From the NCBI GenBank assembly GCA_965203905.1, contig CBDBDQ010000005.1, forward strand, positions 4,288,001-4,352,000: a stretch of DNA of 64,000 nucleotides, read 5' to 3'. A program made the translations under genes and the position numbers. Shown piece by piece: positions 56,313 through 64,000 of this stretch (position 1 is its first letter; each line of letters begins with the position of its first letter). This DNA is from Spirochaetia bacterium (GTDB taxonomy: Bacteria; Spirochaetota; Spirochaetia; SZUA-6; Bin103). A model generated the notes under the pieces. The model made no database searches. It saw only the letters and a program-made list of their open reading frames with translations, and had not been told where the DNA came from.

Positions 56313-57113
56313 ATGCCAGTGCGGTTCCTGGCCGGTGTAGCTGAGGCGCTGATGGCCCCGGAGCGGCCGTTTGCGGCTCGCTCCACACCCAGGTTCTCGC
56401 TGTTCGCGCTGATGGCGCTGTTGCTGGCCGCCACCGTGGCCGGCGAGACGATGATCCTCTGGCACCTGCGCCATCCGGTGCTGCGCCAGATCGCCCTGGT
56501 GGAGGCGCGCCACGTCGCCGAGCAGCGCGCGCTCTCGTTCGACGATACGGAGGAGGTGGAGCGCATTCAGGCGGTGACCTATCGGCGCCTCACCGCGCCC
56601 TCCGGTGCCGCCGCCAAGACTGCGGCGGTGCTGCTCTCGGGCCTCGTCCTGCCGGCGGCAGTGGTCCTGACCTGGCTGGCGCTGCTGGTGCTGGCACAGT
56701 TCTTCGGCGGCGAAGAGCGGCGCCTGCCCGGCCGGCCGCGTGCCTCCGTCCACCTGGTGGCCACGGCATTTGTGCCGCTGGCGCTGCGGCGGCTGCTGGC
56801 CGGCGGCGTCACGCTGGCCACGGATCCGACGGCGGCGGCCAACGTTACCACCGTGGCGGCCTACCGCGAGCACACCATCGCCCGTTTCGACCTGGCGGCG
56901 CTGGCGCCCTGGGAGCCGCCCGCCTTCGTCGAGCGCGGCGCCTCCCTGGTTACCGATCCGTTCGGCCTGTGGGCGCTGGCGGTGCTCGCCGCCGGGAGCG
57001 CGGCGCTGTTGCGGCTGCCGGCCCCGCGCGCGCTGGCCCTGACCGCCGTCATCGCCCTGCTGTGGACGCTGTTCGATACCGTGACCGGCGGCCGTTGGGC
57101 GTTGCTGGCATGA
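56313..57113 (+). CDS. Yip1-like membrane protein (YknW-like)
   Basis: L.AP.R.F N-terminus, about 5 TM segments, DPFGLW; first gene of exporter operon. Confidence 0.7.
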   Translation: MPVRFLAGVAEALMAPERPFAARSTPRFSLFALMALLLAATVAGETMILWHLRHPVLRQIALVEARHVAEQRALSFDDTEEVERIQAVTYRRLTAPSGAAAKTAAVLLSGLVLPAAVVLTWLALLVLAQFFGGEERRLPGRPRASVHLVATAFVPLALRRLLAGGVTLATDPTAAANVTTVAAYREHTIARFDLAALAPWEPPAFVERGASLVTDPFGLWALAVLAAGSAALLRLPAPRALALTAVIALLWTLFDTVTGGRWALLA

Positions 57114-58423
57114 GGCGCCGCGCGAGCCGCCTCCTGCGGCTGGGACTGGCCCTGCTCCTGCTGGCCGGTGCCGGGGCCGTGCTGTGGCGGTTGTTCGCCG
57201 CCGATCCTGGAGCCGACGCCGTCCCGGTGACGCTGGAGGCCGCGCGCATCACCACCTTGCGCTCGCGCGTCGTGGGGAGTTGCGCGTTCCGCCCGCGGCG
57301 CAGCGTCACGGTGGTCAGCGAGACCGGCGGTCGCGTGGCAGCGATTCCGGTGACCGTGGGAACAGCGGTGAGCACCGGCCAGGAGCTGGTGGTGCTCGAC
57401 GATCGCCAGTTGCGGATGGCGCTGGCGCGCGCCGAGGCTGCGCTGGTGGCGGCCGACGCCGTTGCGCGACGCAATCTCGTCAGCCTGCGCGCCACCCTGC
57501 GCAGCGCCCAGGATGGCTGGGAGCGGGCCAGCGACACCCTGGCGCGCAATGAGTTGCTGCACCGAACCGGAGGCGCCACGCAGAGTGAGTTGGAGGATGC
57601 TCGGTACGCGGAGCGCGCCGCGGCCCGGGAACTGCGATCGGCACGGGAGCAGCTAAACCTGGCAACCGGTCGCCCGGCGGCAGCGGAGCCGATCGGCGAC
57701 GCCGGCGCCGACGAAGGCATCGTTGCCGCCGACCCCGAGGTGATCCAGGCCCGGCTGGCGCTGGCTCAGGCGGCCCACGACCTCGCCCAGGCCGTGTTGA
57801 CTGCCCCCCTGGCCGGGACGCTCACCGCGCTCGAGGCATCGCTGGGCAACCAGTTGGCTCCCGGCGCCACGGTCGCCACGGTCGCCGCGCTGGACGATAT
57901 CCTGGCGGAGGTGCAGGTCGACGAGGTGGACATCGGCAAGCTGCAGGTCGGACAGGCGGTGGTGCTGACCACCGACAGCGTGCGCGACGTCGAGCTGCCG
58001 GGCAGGATCTCGCTGCTCCCTCCCACCATGACCGACCACCTGGTTGCGGTGCAGGTGGACGTGGACGTGAGCGGCCTGCCCGCGGACGCCCAACTCCGTG
58101 CCGGCGCCTCCTGCCGGGCGCGCATCGAGGCCGAGCTGAAGCGGGACGTCACGGCGGTGCCGTTCGCGGCGCTCCTGGAGCGTCCGGGCGGCAGCGTGGC
58201 GTTCGTGGCGGTCCCCACCGGGGAGGATGACGGCCTGTACCGGCTGGAGCGGCGGGCCGTGAAGCTGGGCGCATCGAGCATCGACGAGGTGGAGGTGAGC
58301 GAGGGGGTGGAGGAGGGCGAACTGGTCGTGGTCGGCAACCTTTCCCTGCTGCGCGACGACCTGTTGGTTACGCGGGAAGAGGAGCCACCGGAGCCCGAGC
58401 CCGACCCGCAGGCGGCAGAGTGA
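57110..58423 (+). CDS. Efflux periplasmic adaptor (MacA/HlyD-like)
   Basis: N-terminal anchor, GRV..I.V..G..V..GQ.L lipoyl half, coiled coil, [19 protein letters not shown]. Confidence 0.88.
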   Translation: MRRRASRLLRLGLALLLLAGAGAVLWRLFAADPGADAVPVTLEAARITTLRSRVVGSCAFRPRRSVTVVSETGGRVAAIPVTVGTAVSTGQELVVLDDRQLRMALARAEAALVAADAVARRNLVSLRATLRSAQDGWERASDTLARNELLHRTGGATQSELEDARYAERAAARELRSAREQLNLATGRPAAAEPIGDAGADEGIVAADPEVIQARLALAQAAHDLAQAVLTAPLAGTLTALEASLGNQLAPGATVATVAALDDILAEVQVDEVDIGKLQVGQAVVLTTDSVRDVELPGRISLLPPTMTDHLVAVQVDVDVSGLPADAQLRAGASCRARIEAELKRDVTAVPFAALLERPGGSVAFVAVPTGEDDGLYRLERRAVKLGASSIDEVEVSEGVEEGELVVVGNLSLLRDDLLVTREEEPPEPEPDPQAAE

Positions 58424-59118
58424 TCCGCCTAGCCGCCATCACCAAGCGCTACCACATGGGAGCCGACGTCACGGTCACCGCGTTGGCGGGTATCGACCTT
58501 GAGATCGACGCCCACGAATTCGTCGCGGTGATGGGGCCCTCCGGCTCGGGCAAGTCGACGCTGATGAACATCATCGGCTGCCTGGACCGTCCCAGCGGCG
58601 GCCGCTACACCCTGGGGGACACCGACGTCGCGCGCATGACCGACCGCGAGCTGGCGCAGGTGCGCAACGCCAACATCGGCTTCATCTTTCAGACCTTCAA
58701 CCTGCTGCCGCGGATGACCGCCCTGCGCAACGTCGAGCTGCCGCTGGTCTACGCCGGTGCCGCGCGCCGCGAGCGCCGCGAACGCGCCGTTGCCGCGCTG
58801 GTCCGCGTCGGCCTGGGCGACCGCGTGCGGCACCGGCCCAACCAGCTCTCCGGGGGGCAGCGACAGCGGGTGGCCATCGCCCGCGCCCTGGTCAATGACC
58901 CTTCCATCGTGTTCGCCGACGAGCCCACCGGCAACCTCGACAGCGCCACCGGCCGCGACATCATGCAACTGCTGGCGCAGCTCCACGGTTCGGGAGCGAC
59001 CATCATCCTGGTGACCCACGAGGCCGAGGTCGCCGCCTACGCCGGCCGCGTGATCCATCTGCGTGACGGCCGGATAACGCGCGACGAGGCGCAGCGGCCC
59101 CTGCGTCCCGGCGTTTAG
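58420..59118 (+). CDS. MacB/LolD-type ABC ATP-binding protein
   Basis: [42 protein letters not shown]. Confidence 0.93.
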   Translation: MIRLAAITKRYHMGADVTVTALAGIDLEIDAHEFVAVMGPSGSGKSTLMNIIGCLDRPSGGRYTLGDTDVARMTDRELAQVRNANIGFIFQTFNLLPRMTALRNVELPLVYAGAARRERRERAVAALVRVGLGDRVRHRPNQLSGGQRQRVAIARALVNDPSIVFADEPTGNLDSATGRDIMQLLAQLHGSGATIILVTHEAEVAAYAGRVIHLRDGRITRDEAQRPLRPGV

Positions 59119-59128
59119 GAAGCGCGGC

Positions 59129-60343
59129 ATGCGTTTCACCGAGGGCCTGCGCGAGGCATTCGACACCGTGCGCCACAACAAGCTGCGTACCGCGCTGACC
59201 GTCCTCAGCATCGTGATCGGCGTTGCCTCGGTGATCGCGGTAATGGCGACCGGGATCATGGGGCGGCGCGCCATCATGGGCGACCTCGCCGCCCTCGGCG
59301 GGGCGCTGTACTGGATCGAGCCGGCGGATGACGGCCGCGACGAGCGGCGCCGGGACCAGCATCTGCGCCTGGAGCACCTGGAGGCGATAGCCGCGCTGGT
59401 CGCCGACACGAGCTGGGTGAGTCCGATCCTGCGCGGCGACGCCGAGCTGCGCTTCCGCGACCGCGAGGCGCCGGCCAGATTGTTCGGCGTCGGCGCCGAC
59501 TACGCCGAGCTGTGGCCGGCGCCGGTGCAGGCGGGACGCTTCCTGGAGCCGCAGGACCGGCTGCAGCGGCGCAAGGTGATCGTGCTGGGAGACCGCGTCG
59601 CGCACCGCCTGTTCGACGACCCCGGGCGCGCCGTGGGCAGCGTGGTCAGCGCCGGCAGCCTGCAGTTGCAGGTGGTGGGCGTGATGGCGGCGCCCGACGC
59701 GCGCAGCGCCGACGGTTCCGACGAGCGCACCTGCTACCTGCCGCACGAACTCTTCCGCACCATCTACCCGTGGGACGCCGCCATTGGACCCCACGTGCCG
59801 GAGATCACGCTGCGCGCCCGCGACGCGGCGCTGCTCGGCGAGTCGATCGCCCGCGTCCAGCGCTTCCTGGACCGGGTGCTGCCCGGTTCGCCCTCGGTGC
59901 GGCCGTTCGTGGTGAAGACCGACCAGGCGCGGATCGAGACCGAGGCGTCGGTGTTGCGCGTGATCTCCCTGGTGATGACCCTGGTGGCCGGCATCTCGCT
60001 GCTGGTCGGCGGCCTGGGGATCATGAACATCATGCTGGTGAGCGTCAGCGAGCGCACCACCGAGATCGGGCTGCGCAAGGCGGTGGGCGCCCGCGACGGC
60101 GACATCCTGGGCCAGTTCCTGATCGAGGCGGTGGTGATCTGCCTGCTGGGCGGACTGTGCGGAGTGATATTGGGATTCGGCGGCACCCTGGCGGTGGCAC
60201 TGGCGCTGCGCTGGAACCTGGTCTTGCCGGAGGTGGCGGCCGTCGGCCTGGGCGTGGCGCTGGCGACCGGCCTGTTCTTCGGCGTCTATCCGGCAACCAA
60301 GGCGGCGCGGCTGCCGCCGGTGGTCGCCCTGAGCCGCGACTGA
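59129..60343 (+). CDS. MacB-type ABC permease
   Basis: NKLRTALT...IGVASVI, GGLGIMNIMLVSVSERTTEIGLRKAVGA, GVYPA. Confidence 0.92.
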   Translation: MRFTEGLREAFDTVRHNKLRTALTVLSIVIGVASVIAVMATGIMGRRAIMGDLAALGGALYWIEPADDGRDERRRDQHLRLEHLEAIAALVADTSWVSPILRGDAELRFRDREAPARLFGVGADYAELWPAPVQAGRFLEPQDRLQRRKVIVLGDRVAHRLFDDPGRAVGSVVSAGSLQLQVVGVMAAPDARSADGSDERTCYLPHELFRTIYPWDAAIGPHVPEITLRARDAALLGESIARVQRFLDRVLPGSPSVRPFVVKTDQARIETEASVLRVISLVMTLVAGISLLVGGLGIMNIMLVSVSERTTEIGLRKAVGARDGDILGQFLIEAVVICLLGGLCGVILGFGGTLAVALALRWNLVLPEVAAVGLGVALATGLFFGVYPATKAARLPPVVALSRD

Positions 60344-60351
60344 GGCGCGGC

Positions 60352-61584
60352 GTGGGTCCCGGAGCGCTGCTGCTCGCCGCGTTGACGGCGGTGGCGAGCA
60401 ACCGCTTTCGTACCGTCCTGGCCCTGCTCGGCATCACTATCGGAATCGGCGCGGTGATCGCCATCGTGGGACTCGGCGACGGCGCCAAGCTGGTGGTGCG
60501 CGACTCCATCTCCCGGTTCGGTGCCGGCTCGCTGATGGTGCTGCCCAACTACCAGGTGATCGAGGCGAGTGACGGGCGCTACGACTGGCCGTCGGTGACG
60601 CGCGAGGACATCGCCCGGATCAACGCGCAGGCGGACGCGGTGCGGGCGGTGACCCCGGAGACAACCTGGAGCGGGGTCTCCGCGCGCCACTCGGGCCGCA
60701 CCCGCGAAGTGGAGATCTTCGGAACCCTGCACCACTACCTGCGGGTGAACTCGTCGACCCGCCTGGCGCAGGGACGGTTCCTGCATCCCGAGGATGACCG
60801 GCTGCAGCGCAAGGTGGCGGTGCTCGGCGCGGAGGTTGCCGCCGACCTGTTCCCGGATGACACGGCGCTCGGCGCGCTGATCTCGATCGACAACTGGCTG
60901 GAGCTGGAGGTGATCGGAGTCCTCGCTCCGGAAGAGGACACGTTGCTCCAGGTCGGCGCCGAGATGACCGTCGACGACCGCGTCTTCGTGCCGATCGCAA
61001 CGCTGCAGCGCGTCTCCGACTTCGAGTGGGTGTCGATCCTGTGGGGCGAGGCCAACAGCCTGCGCGAGGTGGAGACCGCCAAGCAGCAGATCCTCGCGAT
61101 CCTGGACGCCAACCACGGCCGTTTCGACGGCGTCCATCACAAGTTCGTGGTGCACGACTGGGCGCAGTTGCTTTCCACCATCGAGTCCACCATCGGCACG
61201 GTTACCGCGCTGGTCTCGATCCTGGGGATCATCGCGCTGGTGGTGGCCGGCATCGGCGTGATGAACATCATGCTGGTGTCGGTACGCGAACGCACCCGCG
61301 AGATAGGCACCCGCAAGGCGCTGGGCGCGCAGCCGGCGGCGATCCTCAACCAGTTCATGGTGGAGGCGGCGCTGGTGTGCGGCGGCGGCGGGCTGGCGGG
61401 GGTCGGCCTGGCGGCGGTCGTCATCGCCGTCGTCGCCGAGGTCACCGGGTGGCCGCGCCTCATTGCTCCGTCCACGGTGCGGCTGGCGTTGCTGCTGGCG
61501 CTCGGCACCGGCCTGGTGTTCGGCCTGCTCCCGGCCAGCCGCGCCGCCCGCCTGCCCCCGGTCGAGGCCCTGCGCCACGAGTAG
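60352..61584 (+). CDS. MacB-type ABC permease (second)
   Basis: NRFRTVLALLGITIGIGAV, GIGVMNIMLVSVRERTREIGTRKALGA; GTG start inferred. Confidence 0.9.
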   Translation: MGPGALLLAALTAVASNRFRTVLALLGITIGIGAVIAIVGLGDGAKLVVRDSISRFGAGSLMVLPNYQVIEASDGRYDWPSVTREDIARINAQADAVRAVTPETTWSGVSARHSGRTREVEIFGTLHHYLRVNSSTRLAQGRFLHPEDDRLQRKVAVLGAEVAADLFPDDTALGALISIDNWLELEVIGVLAPEEDTLLQVGAEMTVDDRVFVPIATLQRVSDFEWVSILWGEANSLREVETAKQQILAILDANHGRFDGVHHKFVVHDWAQLLSTIESTIGTVTALVSILGIIALVVAGIGVMNIMLVSVRERTREIGTRKALGAQPAAILNQFMVEAALVCGGGGLAGVGLAAVVIAVVAEVTGWPRLIAPSTVRLALLLALGTGLVFGLLPASRAARLPPVEALRHE

Positions 61585-61611
61585 CGTGAGCCTCGCGCTG
61601 CCTGCGCCTCT

Positions 61612-62403
61612 TCAGATGGTGGTGAAGCCGCCGTCCACCATCAGGTTGTGGCCCGTTACGTAGGCGGACGCGTCCGAGGCCAGGAACACCACGGCGCCCT
61701 TCAGGTCCTCGTTGTGCATCAAGCGGCCCAGCGGTACCCGCTTGCGGTAGTTGGCCACGAACGGCTCCGGCTGGTCCGCGGCATAGCCGCCGGGAGAGAT
61801 GCAGTTCACCCGCACGCCCGCCTTGCCGTAGTAGTTGGCGACGTAGCGGGTGAAGTTGATCATCCCGGCCTTGACGAAGTTGTAGGTCGGGGCCGGCGTC
61901 ATGTCGGTGCCCTCGTACAGTGAAGGGTCGTTGCCGACCACGCCGTAGATGCTGGCGATGTTGATGATGCTGCCGCCCCCGGCCGCGGCCATCGAGCCCA
62001 CGAACGCCTTGCTGATGGCGTACAGCCCCACCATGTCCCCGGCCGCCGAGCGGCGCCAGTGATCGATGGTCTGGGTCTCGAAGCTGCCGTTGTTCGCATC
62101 ACGCACCAGGGCGCTGTTGACCAGCACCTCGACGCGGCCGAAGCGTTCCAGCACCTCGCGGTGAAAGCGTGCAATCGCATCGGCGTCGCCGATGTCGAAC
62201 TGCATGCCGTGGACCTCCGCGCCGGTGCGCGCGGCCAGCGTCGCCGCGAACTCCCGGTTGCGGGCCAACGATCGCGAGGCGGTGATCACGCGGGCGCCCG
62301 CCTCCGCCAGCGCCTCGGCGATGCTGCTGCCGAACAGCGGGCCGGCTCCGGCGGTCACCACGGCGGTCTTGCCGGCCAACGAGAACCTCTCGAGTATCCC
62401 CAT
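61612..62403 (-). CDS. Short-chain dehydrogenase/reductase
   Basis: GSIINIASIYG, YNFVK (YxxxK), VRVNCISPGG, TGHNLMVDGG. Confidence 0.92.
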   Translation of the reverse strand: MGILERFSLAGKTAVVTAGAGPLFGSSIAEALAEAGARVITASRSLARNREFAATLAARTGAEVHGMQFDIGDADAIARFHREVLERFGRVEVLVNSALVRDANNGSFETQTIDHWRRSAAGDMVGLYAISKAFVGSMAAAGGGSIINIASIYGVVGNDPSLYEGTDMTPAPTYNFVKAGMINFTRYVANYYGKAGVRVNCISPGGYAADQPEPFVANYRKRVPLGRLMHNEDLKGAVVFLASDASAYVTGHNLMVDGGFTTI

Positions 62404-62462
62404 GGCGTCAGGATGCGCGGTCCGCGGACATCCGGCAAGCGGCGCCCGCATCCCACTTCCGG

Positions 62463-64000
62463 TCAGGCGCCGCCGGCAGCCGCCGGGTGAGCCGCTGCGG
62501 CCACCTGCACGATGGCGTCCAGCTTGGCCCGTATCTCCGGGTCGATCTCCGCTTCCGGCACGTGTTCGGCCAACTCCGGCAAGGCGCCGTTGGCCGGCGG
62601 GTGCGGCTGTCCCAGCGCCGTGAAGTAGGCGTGGAACAGGGGCCGCAACACCTCGTCGCTGGCGTCCAGGTCGGCGCTCCACGGTGAACCCGCGCCGCGC
62701 CGCTGCAGCGTCGACCGGATTTTGTCGATGGCGTGGCGCATGGCCAGCCGGCGCGTCTCTCCCTCCGCCGGCGAGAACAACGGACCCAGTTCGTCCGCCG
62801 CCACCGATGCCGCCGCATACGCTTCCAGCGTCGCCTGCGAGCACACGTAGTTGGCGAGCTGGCGCCGGCCCCAGCGCAGGGTGTGGAACTGCGGGGGGTC
62901 CTCCTCGCCGCCGGCTCCGCGCTCGAACAGGGCGACGGCATGCACCTCCGGATGGGCCTCCCGCAACCCCAGGAAATGGCGCCTGGCGGCTGCGGGCTGG
63001 TGGGCCACGTAGTGCACCAGCGGCCGCCGCAACGCCTCCATGGCGGCTGCGTGGCCAATGCGCCGCGCCAGCGTGCGCAACACCGCCAGCTCGGCGGCGT
63101 TCCCCAGGTAGAGTGCCCAGCCGGTCTCGTGGGCCTGGGCATAGTGCTCGAATCCGATCTCGCGCAACGCCTTCAGGACCTGGCTGCCGCGGTCGTCCAC
63201 CCGGTGCGGCCGGCCGACGAAGGCGACCACGGTGTCCCGGTCCACGGCTTCATGCAGCAGCACCTCGGAGTGGCTGGCCACGACGATCTGGCTGCCGTTG
63301 GCGTTGGCCACCTCGCGCAGCAGGTGGTAGGTCTGACGCTGGCGCAGGACTTCGAGGTGGGCGTCGGGCTCGTCCAGCAGCAGCACGGCGCCCGGGTTGG
63401 CGTACAGGTAGGCCAGCAACAGCAGCGTCTGCTGCAACCCGCGCCCGGCCGAGGAGAGGTCGAGGGTGCCGCCGCGCTCGCGGTACGCCATCACGATTTC
63501 GCCGCGTTCGACCAGGTAGCGGGGTGGCAGGAGCTGCACCCGGAACAGGAACTGCATACGGCTGACGAGCTGCCGCCAGCGGTCTTCCGACGCCTCGTGG
63601 ATCTGGTAGCACAGGTTGCGCAGCACCTCCGCGGTGCGCCCCTCGCCGATGCGCACGTTGACCGCGCCGGAGTCGAGGCGGGTCTCGGTGGTCGCCAGAC
63701 CCGACAGCGGCGGCAGCAGGGCAACGCGCAGCCGCTGCGCCTGCTCCGGAATCTCCATCCGCGCACCGGCCTGGGCCGGGTCCAGGCGCAACGGCCGGCA
63801 GTAGAACGACTCCTCGTTGGCGTAATCGAACTCCAGACCGCAGCGCCAGGCGCGACCCCTGCTCATTCCATCGACGACGATCTCGATGCGGATGTTGCGG
63901 GTGCTGCGCTCGCCCGTGTCGCGGGCGCGTACGTCCCGCACCCGCAGATCGCGCCACAACAGGTTCGCCTCCGGTACCGGAAGCGTGACCAGATCGCGCC
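62463..64000 (-). CDS. OLD-like ABC ATPase (AAA_15/21) with degenerate C-terminal TOPRIM; 5' end outside window
   Basis: LSSAGRG signature, LLLDEPDAHL Walker B, VASHS; frame open to the window edge. Confidence 0.8.
   Translation of the reverse strand, partial: RDLVTLPVPEANLLWRDLRVRDVRARDTGERSTRNIRIEIVVDGMSRGRAWRCGLEFDYANEESFYCRPLRLDPAQAGARMEIPEQAQRLRVALLPPLSGLATTETRLDSGAVNVRIGEGRTAEVLRNLCYQIHEASEDRWRQLVSRMQFLFRVQLLPPRYLVERGEIVMAYRERGGTLDLSSAGRGLQQTLLLLAYLYANPGAVLLLDEPDAHLEVLRQRQTYHLLREVANANGSQIVVASHSEVLLHEAVDRDTVVAFVGRPHRVDDRGSQVLKALREIGFEHYAQAHETGWALYLGNAAELAVLRTLARRIGHAAAMEALRRPLVHYVAHQPAAARRHFLGLREAHPEVHAVALFERGAGGEEDPPQFHTLRWGRRQLANYVCSQATLEAYAAASVAADELGPLFSPAEGETRRLAMRHAIDKIRSTLQRRGAGSPWSADLDASDEVLRPLFHAYFTALGQPHPPANGALPELAEHVPEAEIDPEIRAKLDAIVQVAAAAHPAAAGGA

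Noticed and set aside
6971-61584. Apparent giant fusions in the ORF track (6971-9739, 32050-33891, 37014-38621, 38898-41258, 42400-44355, 59512-61584)
   Set aside because: The N-terminal parts overlap other real genes in another frame; true starts are downstream, as listed in features
1-64000. CRISPR array, integrase, transposase or prophage structural genes
   Set aside because: No repeat-spacer periodicity and no recombinase, DDE or phage structural motifs seen in any ORF

Overview
High-GC bacterial chromosomal segment with about 55 genes. A Spirochaetota-like, possibly host-associated organism is a weak guess from gene style only. Housekeeping genes (pepF, metK, mfd, tRNA-Gln(CTG)) are mixed with transporters: a Liv-type ABC importer whose binding protein is fused to a permease, two sugar ABC importers (one eroded by internal deletions), a MacAB/YknWXYZ-like exporter and two MFS proteins. 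There are also catabolic enzymes and many small defence/TA cassettes: a Doc-type TA, McrBC with an unrecognised N-terminal domain, HipBA, an AAA + PD-(D/E)XK nuclease, a Schlafen/AlbA_2 + ParA-like pair, an ABC-ATPase + DUF4276-like TOPRIM pair, and an ABC-ATPase fused to an apparently dead TOPRIM. I found no integrase, transposase or CRISPR array. Best candidates for undescribed biology: (i) an A-B-A' triplet of Fe/2OG PhyH-like enzymes whose middle member has a halogenase-like HxG motif, followed by a CinA-like/nucleotidyltransferase fusion, an MFS and a two-Cys proline racemase; (ii) the Schlafen + ParA two-gene cassette; (iii) a MurA paralogue that keeps the fosfomycin/phosphate-site residues but appears to lack the PEP-carboxylate arginines; (iv) the pseudo-nuclease OLD-like ATPase. 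Nine genes have a TANNNT box exactly 6 nt before the start codon, suggesting leaderless expression. All family calls come from motif recognition by eye, not from database searches.
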